DNA from: Balamuthia mandrillaris
Taxonomy: Eukaryota
Direction of reading: 5' to 3'
DNA: 64,000 nt
NCBI GenBank assembly: GCA_031835245.2
Contig: JAVKOQ020000066.1
Coordinates: 1-64,000, forward strand
A model generated the notes under the pieces. That model was not told where the DNA came from, searched no databases, and saw nothing but the letters and a program-made list of their open reading frames with translations. Shown here in pieces: positions 11,312-23,757 of the stretch. The first letter of the stretch is position 1, and the number at the start of each line of letters is the position of its first letter. Made by a program: the position numbers and the translations under genes.

Positions 11312-12765
11312 TTTTTTTTTTTCAGCAGATGAAGATCGAGTATGAGTGAGGTGGAGTGGGGTTGGGGGAAAAAAAAAAGTAGTGGAGCAGTGAGTGAGTG
11401 TGGTGTGTGTTTTTTCTCTTTCTTTGTGCAAAGAGAAAAAGAGAGTTCAAATACGAAAAAAAAAAATATATGGGGAGGAGAGGAGAGGAACAAGTTCCCG
11501 GAAATTTCTTGTTATGCTTCGGTCACGCGGAAAATTGGTCGTAAGTTTCCCCGCGCTCCGCTACTTTTTTTTTTGGGTGTGTTTGGTGTCGACGTGTCGA
11601 AAAAAGTCAAAAAAAAAAAAAGTAGTGGAAAGTGCAAAAGAAAAAGTTTTTGGATGTTTGTTTGGATGGATGGATGGATGGGTATGTGTTGATACAAAAA
11701 AAAATAGTAGTAGGAAGTAGCGAAATGAGGTGGTGAACAACAACAACAGCGGAAGAGAGATGGAGAAGATGGAGAGAAAGAAAAGGGTTGGTCGGGTGTT
11801 TCAACAACAGAGAGAAGAACAAGGAAGGAAGAGGCCTCTTTGTGGAAGGAGGTGTGTGTGGTTTTGGTTCGTGTGTTTTTGTTTTTTTTTTTAAGTTTCC
11901 AACAAGAAAGAAAAAGAAAATAAAGGGCCGCTATAAATAAATAAAAAAAAAGCGCTTCGGGGGGAGGAGAGGAGTCCAGAGAGAGAAAAAAAGGAAGAGG
12001 ACACGGTGTCAATCCGTCTCTTTTTCTTTGCTTCGTATGAGGACAACGCCACGTATCCTGGCGCCAAATGGGGGAGAGATGCAGGGTCGAAAAACGTCCA
12101 TGTCATCCTCCTGTCCTTCTGTCTTTGTCAATACAAACCCCTTCCATAACGGGCCTGCCGTTAAACTTCTTTGAAATTCACCAAATGAGCCAATAGTATG
12201 CGGCCACGCGTATTGGACCGCGCGGTGATTGGGCAAATTGGAAACTTTTCCAGAGAAAAAACTTAGCAAGTCCAACGCAGCATTCTGTTTGGTTGGCGCT
12301 GCCGTCGTGCTCGTTTTACTTGTCTTCTGTTTCCTCCTCGTGCCGCGTCACCAGAACAGGACTTATCTTGAACAGTTGATCTTCGAATGGCGGTGCCGTG
12401 TGTGGCTGTCGACAAATAACGCGAAAAGGACAACCACGTCAGCAACAAAGACTCATCTGGAAAAACGTTGATCTACAGGTCGGCTGATGTCATGGGAGGT
12501 CTGACGTAAGCAGGTGTCGACAAAAAGGTAGGCCAGGAAAAAGAAAGAAAAAGAAGAAAAGAAAGAGAAAAGCAAACGTTCGCCTTCCTGTGGCGAGGAC
12601 ACCCAAAGTTTTCTTCCTTCGCAGAAAAAAAGATAGAGAAAGAAGGAAGAAGATTTTCCGTTTGCCCATTTCTTCTTTTTTTTCGGAATAGATAAGCAAT
12701 TTTTATTGTTCTCCCAACGAACAACAAAAACATCGAGTACGAGCGTTGGAAAAAAAAAAACAACA

Positions 12766-15700
12766 ATGAATCCCGACCCGAGGCAAAGGATTAGCTCCTG
12801 GTTTTCAGACGATCTCTCTGAAGCTCAACCCGTTGTCGCAGGAGGAGGTGGCGGTGGTGAGTGCGCATTTTTTTTTCCATTTGTGTCTGTGCTACCTTGA
12901 TTGATTTTTATTTTGGCTTTTATTGGGCAGCGCCACATTATGGCGGACCTCATCATCATGAGCCGGCTTCCTTTGGTCAGAGAGGTGGAAGAGGAGGAGC
13001 GCGAGGAGGAGCCAGTCGAGGTGGAAGAGGAGGCAGAGGCGGAGGTAGTCGAGGCGGGCGGAGAGGTGGCAGCGGAGGCCGAGGAGGAGGAGGAGGCTTC
13101 GCCCTCGTCCCTGATAGAGACGAACCTCCGTTTGGAGGCTTGTCCTCTTCCGTTCCTTCCTCTTTTTCTCCCTCGTCGTCGTCTTCTTCCCCTTTTGCCG
13201 CTGGACCAGCAAAGAAGTTTAACAAGAGTCGAAAACAACAGCGAAAACGAAACGAAGGAGAAGGAGATGAAGAGGAGGAGGAAGAGCTTGAAGTATCGTC
13301 ACCGCCAGAAGAAAGAAAGAACAGAGGCAAACCAAACGCAAAAGCGGATGCTGGACGCACCCGATCACGTAGTCTTGGCAAACCTGCTGCTGCCGCTGCT
13401 GGAGGAAACAACAGCAATGAAGACGAGAACAAGACGAACAACAAGAGCAAGAAGAAAATAACAACCACCACGACAACAACTACCACCGTGTTGAAGGCCA
13501 AAGGAGTGGTTCGCGCTAAGAGAAATAAGAAGGGTGAAGCCGCAAAAGGCGATGAAGATGCCGCCGCAACCAGACCTCAAAAGGAAGATAGGCAGAGACA
13601 GAAGAACAAGAGGCAAGGACGAGGTGGTGCAACTGAGGAAGGTCGCGCACGAAGGAAGCGAAAGAGCCGATTCGAGCAACATCTTAGTCCTGAAGAAGTT
13701 GAAAAGGGCCTAGCGGTAATTTTTCCTGTCATGTTTCTTTCAATGGTACCTTTATTCGTTTTTGAGCTGAAGATAAGTTCATGCTATTAGGACGGAAGCT
13801 TGCACAAAGGCCTCCTTAGAGTAAATCCTCATCGCACAAGGCTTGCTTATGTCACCGCAGAAGGCTTCGAGAGGGACATCCTTTTGGAAGGCATTCATGC
13901 CAGGAACAGAGCTTTTGATGGAGACACAGTCGTCGTTCGGATTTTGGAAACCCGAAAGGAAGGTGGTGACAGCAAAGCCTCTTCCTCCTCTGCTTCTGGA
14001 AAGAGGAAACAGGAAGAGCCGAAGGAGAAGGCTAAAGAGTCGACAGAAGAGACGCAACAACCTCATCAAGAAGATGACTCCCAGTCGGAAGGAGAGGAGC
14101 TGTTATTGGGCAGAAGAAGCAGGATAGAACGAGAAGAAGACGATAAACTCGTGGATCAAAGCATTCAGCTTCATGACTATAGTGCTGCAGAGGAAAGAGC
14201 AGAAGAACAAGACCGCGCTATACGTGGTGATGAAGACGATGAGATGTTCTCGGAACTTCGTAAAGAAATAGAGCAGAACTTAGATGATGAAAGTGATCAC
14301 CCCGATGACGATCGCGCTCCAGAAGCCAAGGTTTCTATCTCCGAAAAGGAAGATGAGGATGAGGAAGAGGATGAGGATGATGAAGTGGACGAAGACGCGG
14401 CGGTTGAGTCCGAAGATGAAGAAGCGGAAGAAGAACCCGGACAAGAAAAGGGTGAAGAAGCACCTCGCAGCGTTGGCAAAGTTGTAGCCATCTTGGAAAG
14501 CAAACACGCTGTACAAATGGTGGGATACCTAAAGCCATGCGGCGATGGCGACGAGGAATTAGGCGTCGACAACTACTTGGCCTTTTTCGTGCCACTGGAA
14601 AAGAAGATGCCCCGTGTCTTAGTTCCCGTGAAGAACTTGCCTCCGGGATTCCTCAAGGCCCGCTCAGACTTGACCGACAACCTCTTCGTTGGTATCATTG
14701 AACGATGGGAAATTACTGACAGTCATCCTAAAGGCAAGTTGCTTCGAAACTTGGGCAAAGCTGGAGATACGGAGGTGGAGATGAGAGCTTTGTTGGAGGA
14801 GGCGGAGATCTATTGGACCGAAGATTTTCCGGAAGACGCATTGGCTTGTCTTCATTCCAAGCTTCGACGTTTGGAGGAAAGTCGTCAATATGAGGAAGGA
14901 GCAGTGAGCAACGACAAAGTCGAGCAGAAAGAAGAAGGCGCAAAACCAAAACCACAAGAACAAGAGTGGGAAAACTTTGAGATTTCGGCGGCTGAAGTTG
15001 CCCGTAGACGTGATCTTAGGGACACCTGCGTCTTTAGCATCGATCCAGCAACTGCCAGAGACCTTGACGATGCTCTCTCCATCACTCCTCTTTCTCCTTC
15101 GGAGGATGCCAGTGGCCACCAATGCTACGAAGTGGGTGTTCACATCGCCGACGTGACTTTCTTTGTCGAGCCGGATACCGCTCTGGACAAGGAGGCCAGA
15201 AAGAGGGCCACCACTGTCTACCTTGTTCATAGGAACATTCCGATGTTGCCCCGTATTCTGTGCGACAACATGTGCAGTTTGGTGCCTGGTGTTGACAGAG
15301 TTACCTTCTCTGTCATGTGGAAGATGAACGAGGAGGGCGTTATTCAAGGTGAACCTTGGTTCGGAAAGACGGTACCTTTTCCTGCTTTCTTTGCTTTCCT
15401 TCGCATTTATACCTGTTTATTCTCTAACCGATACCTCTATTTAGATTATTCGTTCTTCGGCCAAGTTAGACTATGACACGGCTCAAGAGATGCTCTTAGG
15501 AAACTTCCATGAAGAAGACTATGTACAACCACATGACCCCCAGCAACAAAAAACCAAAGAAGAAGGCGAAGAAGCAGAACAAACTTCTGCCAAAAAACAT
15601 CCTTTCTTCAAGTGGGATAATCAAAGCAAGTACACTCTGCAAGACATCAACAAGGACGTCCAGATTTTACACAAAATGGCGACCCACATGCGACACAGAA

Positions 15701-17111
15701 GATACCAAGAGGGCAGCATGAACATCGACACCAAAGAAATGGCTTTTGAGTTGGATGAAAACGGACGTCCCGTCTCTACTCGCGCCTACGTACAAAAGGA
15801 AAGCAATTGGTTGATCGAGGAGTTCATGTTGCAGGCCAATCGCTCCGTTGCTGAAAAGATCTACCAGGTCTTCCCTAATGCCTCCTTGTTGAGGAGACAT
15901 GCTCCCCCTCAAGGTATAGTTTCCTTTTCCTCTTTCTCTCTCTCTCTCTCTCTTTCCTCTCTTTCTCTCTTTCTCTCTTTCTCTCTTTCTCTCTTTCTCT
16001 CTCTCTCTTAATAACAAATTAAAAACAGAGAGGAAACTGAAAGAGTTTTTGGACATGTGCAAGAGCCTAAACATCGCGATGGATGCCAGCAGCACTACCT
16101 CTTTCGAGGCATCCATGCAAGAGATCCGAAACATGGCCAACTCTGACATTGCGTTGGTGATATCTGCATTGGCTCTTAAACCCATGAGCACCGCCAAATA
16201 TACTGCTACTAATCCTGACCTCGAGTTAGCTTACTACCGCCACTATGCTCTGGCCTTTGATCTTTACACTCACTTTACTTCACCTATTCGGTACTTTTCC
16301 TTCTTTCCTCTCACTCTTCTCTCTTAATCTAACTCGTCGTTTTGTTTGCAATTCAATTTTCAATTTTTAACACTAATATCTTCTCTCCTCCCTACAAAGA
16401 CGATATCCGGACGTGGTGGTGCATCGCATATTACACGCTTATCTGCAGCACCAAGACGCGCCTTTCGGACAGGAGGAGTTGGAAGAGATCGCCACCAACT
16501 GTAACGAACGCAAGCACAAGGCCGACAAAGCCCAAGAGAAATGCGACCTTGTTTTCCTGTGTATGCTCTTGCAAGACAATCCTGAAAATGAGGAAGACGC
16601 TATTGTTTTGGAAACCAGCGCCAAGTACTTTATTCTCTTCTCTTTCTCTCCGTTCTTCCTTCTGCTCTTTCCTCTTCATCCACTAACTAATTTACTCTAT
16701 AAAGAACATTTACGGTATTAGTGCTTCGTTACGGCTTTGATGACAAAGTCTTCGTGGAGGATATTCCAGCAGAGTCCACTCAACACCGCGAAGAGGAGCA
16801 GTCGCACCTCATCACGTGGCCCGACGGCACTACCACTCTTATAAAGCCCTTCTCCCGCATCAAAGTCCGATTGGTGCCGGACCTCAAGAAGAAGCCCATC
16901 GACGTGCGCATCCGTTTATTGCCCCCCGGAGGAGCGGAGCTCATGAAAGAGTTTGAGGAGAAGATGAAAGAGAAGAAGAGGCAAAAAGAAGAGGAAGGAG
17001 GAGAAGGAGGAGAGGAAAAGAGGAAAGGGCAAAGAGGAGGAGGAGGGAAGAAGAGAGGCAACGGAGAAAGGGATCAAGCTACGCGCCAGCGTGTTGAACA
17101 AACTGTATATA

Positions 17112-17147
<36 letters not shown>

Positions 17148-17760
17148 CCTCTCTCTCTCTCCCTGGTATACGCTTTGAAACTAACTTTACAGCAAATAGA
17201 TTGAGGAGTTCATGAGAGATAACACGGCGGAGACTTACAGCTTCCCGGCAAACTTGAGCAGCTTTGAGCGTTTGGTCGTGTACGAAACGGCTGAGCGAAA
17301 GGGTCTCTCCCACTTTACCCAAGGCAAGCGCTTCCAACGCGAGCGAACGATCGTGGTCTCCAAAGTATCGAACAAAAAGAAAGTGGATAACAGAGAAGGA
17401 GGAAGGGAAGGCAGAGGAAGAGGAGGAGGTAAACCCGGGCAAGCAAGAAAGCAACAGCCACAACGAGAAGGCAGTGAAAGTGATGACAGTGAGGAGGAGG
17501 AAGAAACAGAGGAAGAAGAGACCAAGGAACAAAAAGGAAAGAAGAAGAACGGGCCACCACGAAGAAGACCGAAGAGAGGAGGCCAGAAGAAACGATCGGA
17601 AGAAGAGGAGGAAGATGGAGAAAGTCATCCTCACAAAAAAGTGACGACACAGAAGAAACAGAAGGCACAACAATACAGGCTCAAGGACAAACATAAAGTC
17701 GCCAAAGCCAACAAGCCTGCCTCTGCTGTAAACGGCGAAGCCAACCATCAACAACCGTAG
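12766..17760 (+). CDS. DIS3L2: DIS3-like exoribonuclease 2 with N-terminal RGG region and C-terminal R3H-like domain
   Basis: RNRAFDGDTVVV (CSD), FSIDPATARDLDDALS (RNB catalytic), [12 protein letters not shown]1 domain, no PIN domain. Last exon carries an R3H-like motif. Confidence 0.9.
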
Positions 17761-17795
17761 AAATAACATAAATAAACGCATGTTGGTTGGCGTGA

Positions 17796-20700
17796 TTATT
17801 CAGAAGGATTATAACGATACTTGTTCAGATTTGTGGCACTAGGACTTCGTTGTGTTGTTGTCGCTCCACGAGAGGCGGGTTTTGGGTACACTGGAAGTAT
17901 TGCTGATGCGGGCGTCGAAGCCGTGCTAGCAAAACTCGAAGGTGCAGCAGCCCCTCTGCCTCCTCTATAACCCCCACCTCCTCTTCCTCCTCCTCGGTAA
18001 CTTCCTCCTCGTGATGTTTTCTGAGATGATGAAGCAGAGAAAGAAAGAGGCAACTGTCTTCCTCGAGAAGTAGAAGAAGAGGAAGAGAAGGTGGGCGGTA
18101 CATGATTATTGGAAGAAGAGGCGGATGAAGAAGAAGGCGGTCTTCGAGAGGGAACAAAATCAGGATCTGCTGCGACATCGTCGTCGACGGCGATTACGTT
18201 GCTGTTGGTTTGGGCGCGGCGAGCGCAGGCGTTCCTGTTGAGAGCGGCCCATTCTCCTGTATTCGTAGATGCCGGTTGATATATAGTTTCTTCCGCATTT
18301 AAATCGATCAGATTCGAACTTGACCTGTTAATTTAAAAAAAGAGGGTTAAAAAAGCGAGAGAAAGGAGACAAGAGAAGAAAGACAAACGATTGCTTGGAC
18401 AAGTTTTTGGCTTTGATAAGCCGCGCTTGTGGATTTCTGTCCAAAAAGTCGGAGATGACGGAGGTGAAGCGTTCGCCATAGCTTTGCAGTTTCTTCTGAG
18501 AGACGCCGCTGATAGCTTGGAACTCTCTCATGTTGGTCGGCATCAGTCGTGCGATTTCTAACAGTTCGCTGCTGCTGAAAATCATGTATGGCATCAAGCC
18601 CAACGTCGACTCGCTGCATAACTATTTAAAAAATAAAAATAAAAATTAAGAAAAGGAAGAGAAAGGGCTGTTGTTCAAAAGAACAAACCTTCTTTCGCAA
18701 CTCTTGCAAAATCTCAAACAACTCCTCAGTGGTAGAATCCTGATGCCCCGCAGCCGGCGTGGCACGCGGCGGCGGCGCCATCTCCGTGGTGGCCCGTTTG
18801 CTCTGGAATGAAAGTTTGACGGGCAGGTGTCCTTTCTCGAGGTTGCTCGCACGAGGACCCAACTTGATGTGAGCGACAATGCTGCCGTATTGTTGCTGCA
18901 CCGAGAATTCCTCAGCGAGAATGCCGTCCAATACAAGTTGATGTAGGAGCCGCTCGCAGTCCAGTTTTGTTAATCCTTTTCCTGTTTGTTAAATATACAA
19001 GATGAGAACAAGAGAAAGAGAAACGAAACACGAAGCTGAAAGCGAAAGGATAATAGAAGGAAATAAGAATTCAAACCTTTTCCTTGACTACGAAGATTAG
19101 TAAGACCCAATCGAGAAAGTTTGACTTTGATGGCTTTATTGGGGGATCCTCGAAAGACATCACAAACGTGATTGAGAGTGAAGCCACTGCCAATGCAGCG
19201 AACGATGTCGACCACCGCTTTGGCTTCTTCCGTTAAGTCGCGAATGCTAATGCTGGAAGTTGCCGCGTTTCTGCAGTTGTCACAAGTTTGATGGCAGTTT
19301 ATGGGATCGAAACTTTCTCCAAAGTACTTGAAGAAAAAGATTGTTCGTTGGTTAGTTTCAATTCAATTACAACAAGATGAAGCAAAGCAGAAAGTAGAGG
19401 GACAAACCTGAAGTTGAAGCTTCCTTCTACAGTCGATGCGATTCTCGCAAAAGGAGATCACCCTGTAGAGATTATTGATAGAGGTTCGCTTTTGCTCACC
19501 GGTGCTGTTCTCGATGATCATGTGTTGGATTCGAGCCTTATCGGCATATGTATAGTAGAGTATACAACAGGCTTCCACGCCGTCTCTGCCAGCTCTGCCG
19601 CTTTCCTGGTAATAGCCTTCCAATGATTTGGGCAATGTAAAATGGATCACAAATCGCACGTCCGGTTTGTTGATGCCTTGATATTTTGATTGTCCTTGTG
19701 AGTAAAACTTGTTTACAAAAGATGAAAGCAAACAAGAGGAAAAGATACCCATGCCAAACGCAATGGTGGCAACGATGATGTTAACTCGATCGCTGCTCCA
19801 ATCCGTTTGAATTTTTTCTCGCTCTTGATTGGACATACCTGCATGATAGGCAGCTGCATTCATTCGATGATCCTGCAAGTGAAATCAGTAGGTATACGAA
19901 CAGGGGAGAGTTACTGGATATACGAACTGAGTAAAGTTTATCAGCAACGCGTTCGCACTCGTTTCGAGAAAGGCAGTAGATAATGCCAGACATTCCGTGA
20001 TAGTTTTTGGTAATCCATTGCGCTATATCTTTAATGACATTCTTTGATTTCTTTTTGACTTCGTAACTGTTGTTTCGTTGTGTCAACAAACCGAGTAAAA
20101 AAAAGAATACATAAGGAAGCAAAGGAGAAAGAACGTACATGAGATTAGGACGATTGAAGCTCATGCTAAAAGAAATACAGTCACGCAAGCCCAATCCTCT
20201 CAATATATCTGTTTGAACTCTCTTCGTGGCAGTGGCAGTCAAGGCAATCATTGGGACGTCGGGATACTTTTGCTTGAAGAAATGGAGCTCCTGATAGTCC
20301 TCTCTGAACTCGTGCCCCCATTGCGATACGCAGTGGGCTTCATCGACGACCACCCGCTGAAAGTTGCCATTGCGATAGAGATTATCCAATGCGCTTTGGA
20401 ACTTGGGGCTGCGGATGACCTTCTCTGGCGTCACGTATAGCAGCTTGATCTCTGGACGAGAGCAGCGCAGCTCGGTGTAAATCTTGTTAGCCTCGGCCAG
20501 AGGGGTGTCGGCACCGAGGTGTGCTGCTGGAATGCCCAAATGCAGCAAGAACATGACTTGGTCTTGAATGAGTGAGATTAGTGGGGAGATAACAATACTG
20601 ACTCCATCTTGACATACTGCCGGCAACTATGAACACAACAATAAAAGTAAATACAAGAAGCGAAGAAGCACTGAAAAGAGAGAACATACTTGATAGCACA

Positions 20701-22906
20701 AGCTTTTGCCGCCACCAGTTGGCATCAGCACAAAACAATCACGTTTGGACATGGTGGCGTTAATTACTTCGCGCTGATTGGTACGAAAGGTCCGGTTACC
20801 AAAGACCTTGTGGTTGGCTGCTTGGATCTTCCGTTCCCACGGAAATTCTCTCTTCCATTCGTTGGTGGCGTCTATTGTTTGTTGTGTTTTTGTTGTTGTT
20901 CTGGATCAGTAAGGAAAGTAGGTAAAAGAAAGAAGAGACCAACCGGACAAGCCAGGCACCTCATCGACGAAATATCTCGAGTCCTCTTCCTGCTCAATTT
21001 CAATTCCTTGCGGTAACAAATAAGGAGATCCGCGTTCAAAATGAGGGGATGTGGTGCTGCTAGTGCAGCTGCTCTCACTACCCCAATCCAAATAGGGCGA
21101 AGAGGCTGCTGATGATGAAGCAGAAAAAGAAGGGAAGGAAGAACCATCATTGGTATTGTTGTTGTAGTCGTTGGAACGTGCTCCTTGATTGATGCTGCTT
21201 TGGTAAAAGGCCTCGTCTACTTCATTCAACCACGTAAAGTCATCAGTGGCATCAGCTCCTTCATCTCCAAAGTTCTGAACTTCTTGAATTCTGCCCACAT
21301 GTTGAAGTTGATGTTGTGGAGTTGCCGTCATGAGTGGAGAGGAAGAAGAAGAAGAGGAAGAGGAAGAGGAAGAGGAAGACAGTGGTTGGGCGCGTAAAGT
21401 TCCGTTCACCGAACCAGAAGAAAAAGCTGATGATGAAGGTTGTTGTTCGAGGCGTTCAAGCTGCTGCTTCACACGCTTGGTTTGTTCTTCTACTGTCTTT
21501 CTTTTGTTGCGGATGCTCTTTATCTTAGCAGCGCTGGTGGGAGAGTCGTCGTCCATCAGTATCAACAAGGAATCAGCAAGAGAGATTTGCTTGTCTTTCA
21601 AATGCAATAACAAGTCTTTCAGTTCTGCCTCTGTAAACTAATGAACAATAAAACAAGTGAGAAAGGGAAAAAGGACGAGAGAGGGAGGGAGAGAGAGAGC
21701 AAATACCCGTTCAATGTCTGGCATGGATAATGGATCATCGTCATCATCTTCAACGTCGCTTTCACTAACACTCAACGTTGTTACTGCAGGCAAAGAAGAC
21801 CCACTTTTGTTGACGCTATTGATTGGCTGTTGTTGCGGTTGTTGCTGCTGTTGAACCTGATAGTGTCGGCTCACCATGGCGTCAAGGTCGAGGCCGCTCA
21901 AGAAATCGTCGCTAACATCATAGTCGCTGTCAGCAGAGACTGGCAAAGGATCCTGCGAGTCCTCTTCTCCTCCGCCATAACCGGCAGAAGAAGCAGACGG
22001 AATGCTCGACGGTGCTCTCGCAGTTGAAGAAGGAACAGAATACGACGAAGATGAAGAAGAGGAAGGAAAAGGTTCAGACGATCCAGAACGAACATTCGAT
22101 TCGAAAGAAAGGGTCGTTTGTTTTAGGCGCTTTGCGGCAGGAGAGTCGTCCTCTTCCGTCAAGTCGAGAGTTAGTGTTGTTGTGGAAGTGGAAGAAGTTG
22201 AAGAGGAAAAAGACGAAGTTGAAGACGATTCGAAATGAGGCGAATTGGTTGCGGTTGTCGTTGTGGTGCGGCTCGTTGTTGAGGTACGTTCTGCGGGAAG
22301 GGTTTTGGCCTTGGGTGGGGCAAAGTCTTGAAAATCATCCGCGTCATCGTCCGCCTCGGCAGCAGCAAAGGAGTCGAATCCTCGTTTCCGTTGTTGTTGT
22401 TGCTGTGATGAAAAAGGAGAGAAAGAAGAAGACGCAGAAGAAGAAGGAAAGAAAGCGGAGGCGGAGGAAGGCGAAGAAGAAGAAGAAATAGGTTGTGTAC
22501 ATGAAAGAGCTGAAGAAGAGGAAGAAGGAGAAAAAGAAGGAGGAAAAGATGAAGCGAGAGAGGAGGTTCTGCCTCCCAGCTGGAAGGAAGCAGTGGAGCC
22601 AGCGGCCGCGCTCACAGCAGCCCATGGCTCGCTGAAGAACGTGAAGCCTCCCACTTGTTGAGCCCCTCCTCCTCCTCCACTTCCTGCGACTCCATCGTCG
22701 ATCGGTTGGTTGGCCTTTGATAAGGGGCGACGCCGTAGCAAAGAGTACGAAAAGCAGGACCCGGCCTCAACGGAAGGTTCCACTTGCTCTGCGGTGCTGC
22801 CCTCGTCCCCGGTTTCATGATGCTGCTGCTGTTGTTGAGCAAGACTTTTTTCCTCGGCCAACCACAGCAGCTGATCCTCGAGATTGTTTCGCGGTTGGTT
22901 GGTCAT
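17796..22906 (-). CDS. BLM: RecQ helicase, BLM/Sgs1-like, with RQC, HRDC and C-terminal RGG
   Basis: [47 protein letters not shown] and HRDC ([10 protein letters not shown]...[14 protein letters not shown]). N-terminus [16 protein letters not shown] resembles the Sgs1/BLM N-terminal helix. Confidence 0.88.
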
Positions 22907-23300
22907 CCTGTCACACACACTACCAGTTTCTCATCAGGAGAGAAAGAGGAGAGAGAGAGCAACTGCCTTTCCTTCTTCGCTACGTTTTTTCGTTCTGTTT
23001 AACGTCTCTTTTTCTTTTGCATTTTGTCGACGTTTAAATTTTTCGAAGAAATTTTTCATAAAATGATCATTCTTATCGTTCCAAGGTGCCATATAAGGTT
23101 ACATTCTTACATACCTTACATTTGTGTCATACCAAACATTCTTGGAACGAAAAAAGATACTAATTCCAATCATTCTTTGCATTCCAGTAAAAAGAAAGAA
23201 AACGGAAAAGAGTAGCGCCGCGCCAATCGATCGAATCGAAATCTTTTGCTTGCCTTCTTCCTCCACGAAGAGCCGCCAGCACAGAAAGACAAAAACAAAA

Positions 23301-23724
23301 ATGTTGCGCAGCAAGTCGTTTTTCAAAAAAACAAGAAAGGGCAAAATCGTCAAAGTCGACCAAGAGGTCTACCTGCGCGACGACATTTATTGCGGCTCCT
23401 CTCTCTGCACCAAGTGCTACCTCAACAACAAACGAGACCCCTCTTCCTCCTCCGCTGACCCCGTTCTCTCCGCCCACGCCCCTCACTACTTGCTCCTCGA
23501 CACCAACGTCATCCTCCACCAGATTGACCTCTTGGAAAATCCGGCCCTCAGCAACGTCATCATCCCTCAAACCGTTCTGGAGGAGGTCCGACATCAGAAC
23601 AGAACGCTGCACAATCGCATCCGTGGTGTTATTGCTGATCCCGCTCGCCACTTTTTTGTCTTTTACAATGAACTCAAACGGTACCGGCTTCTCGCTTTGT
23701 TTCTCTTCTCTTCCGATCTCTCCC

Positions 23725-23757
<33 letters not shown>

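Noticed and set aside
11495..11503. TTCCCGGAA STAT/GAS-like palindrome
   Set aside because: Single short occurrence with no supporting evidence.
12009..12471. Short ORFs between the orphan gene and DIS3L2
   Set aside because: No ATG or splice support, and the region is rich in CCAAT/ACGT/GTCGAC promoter-like motifs.
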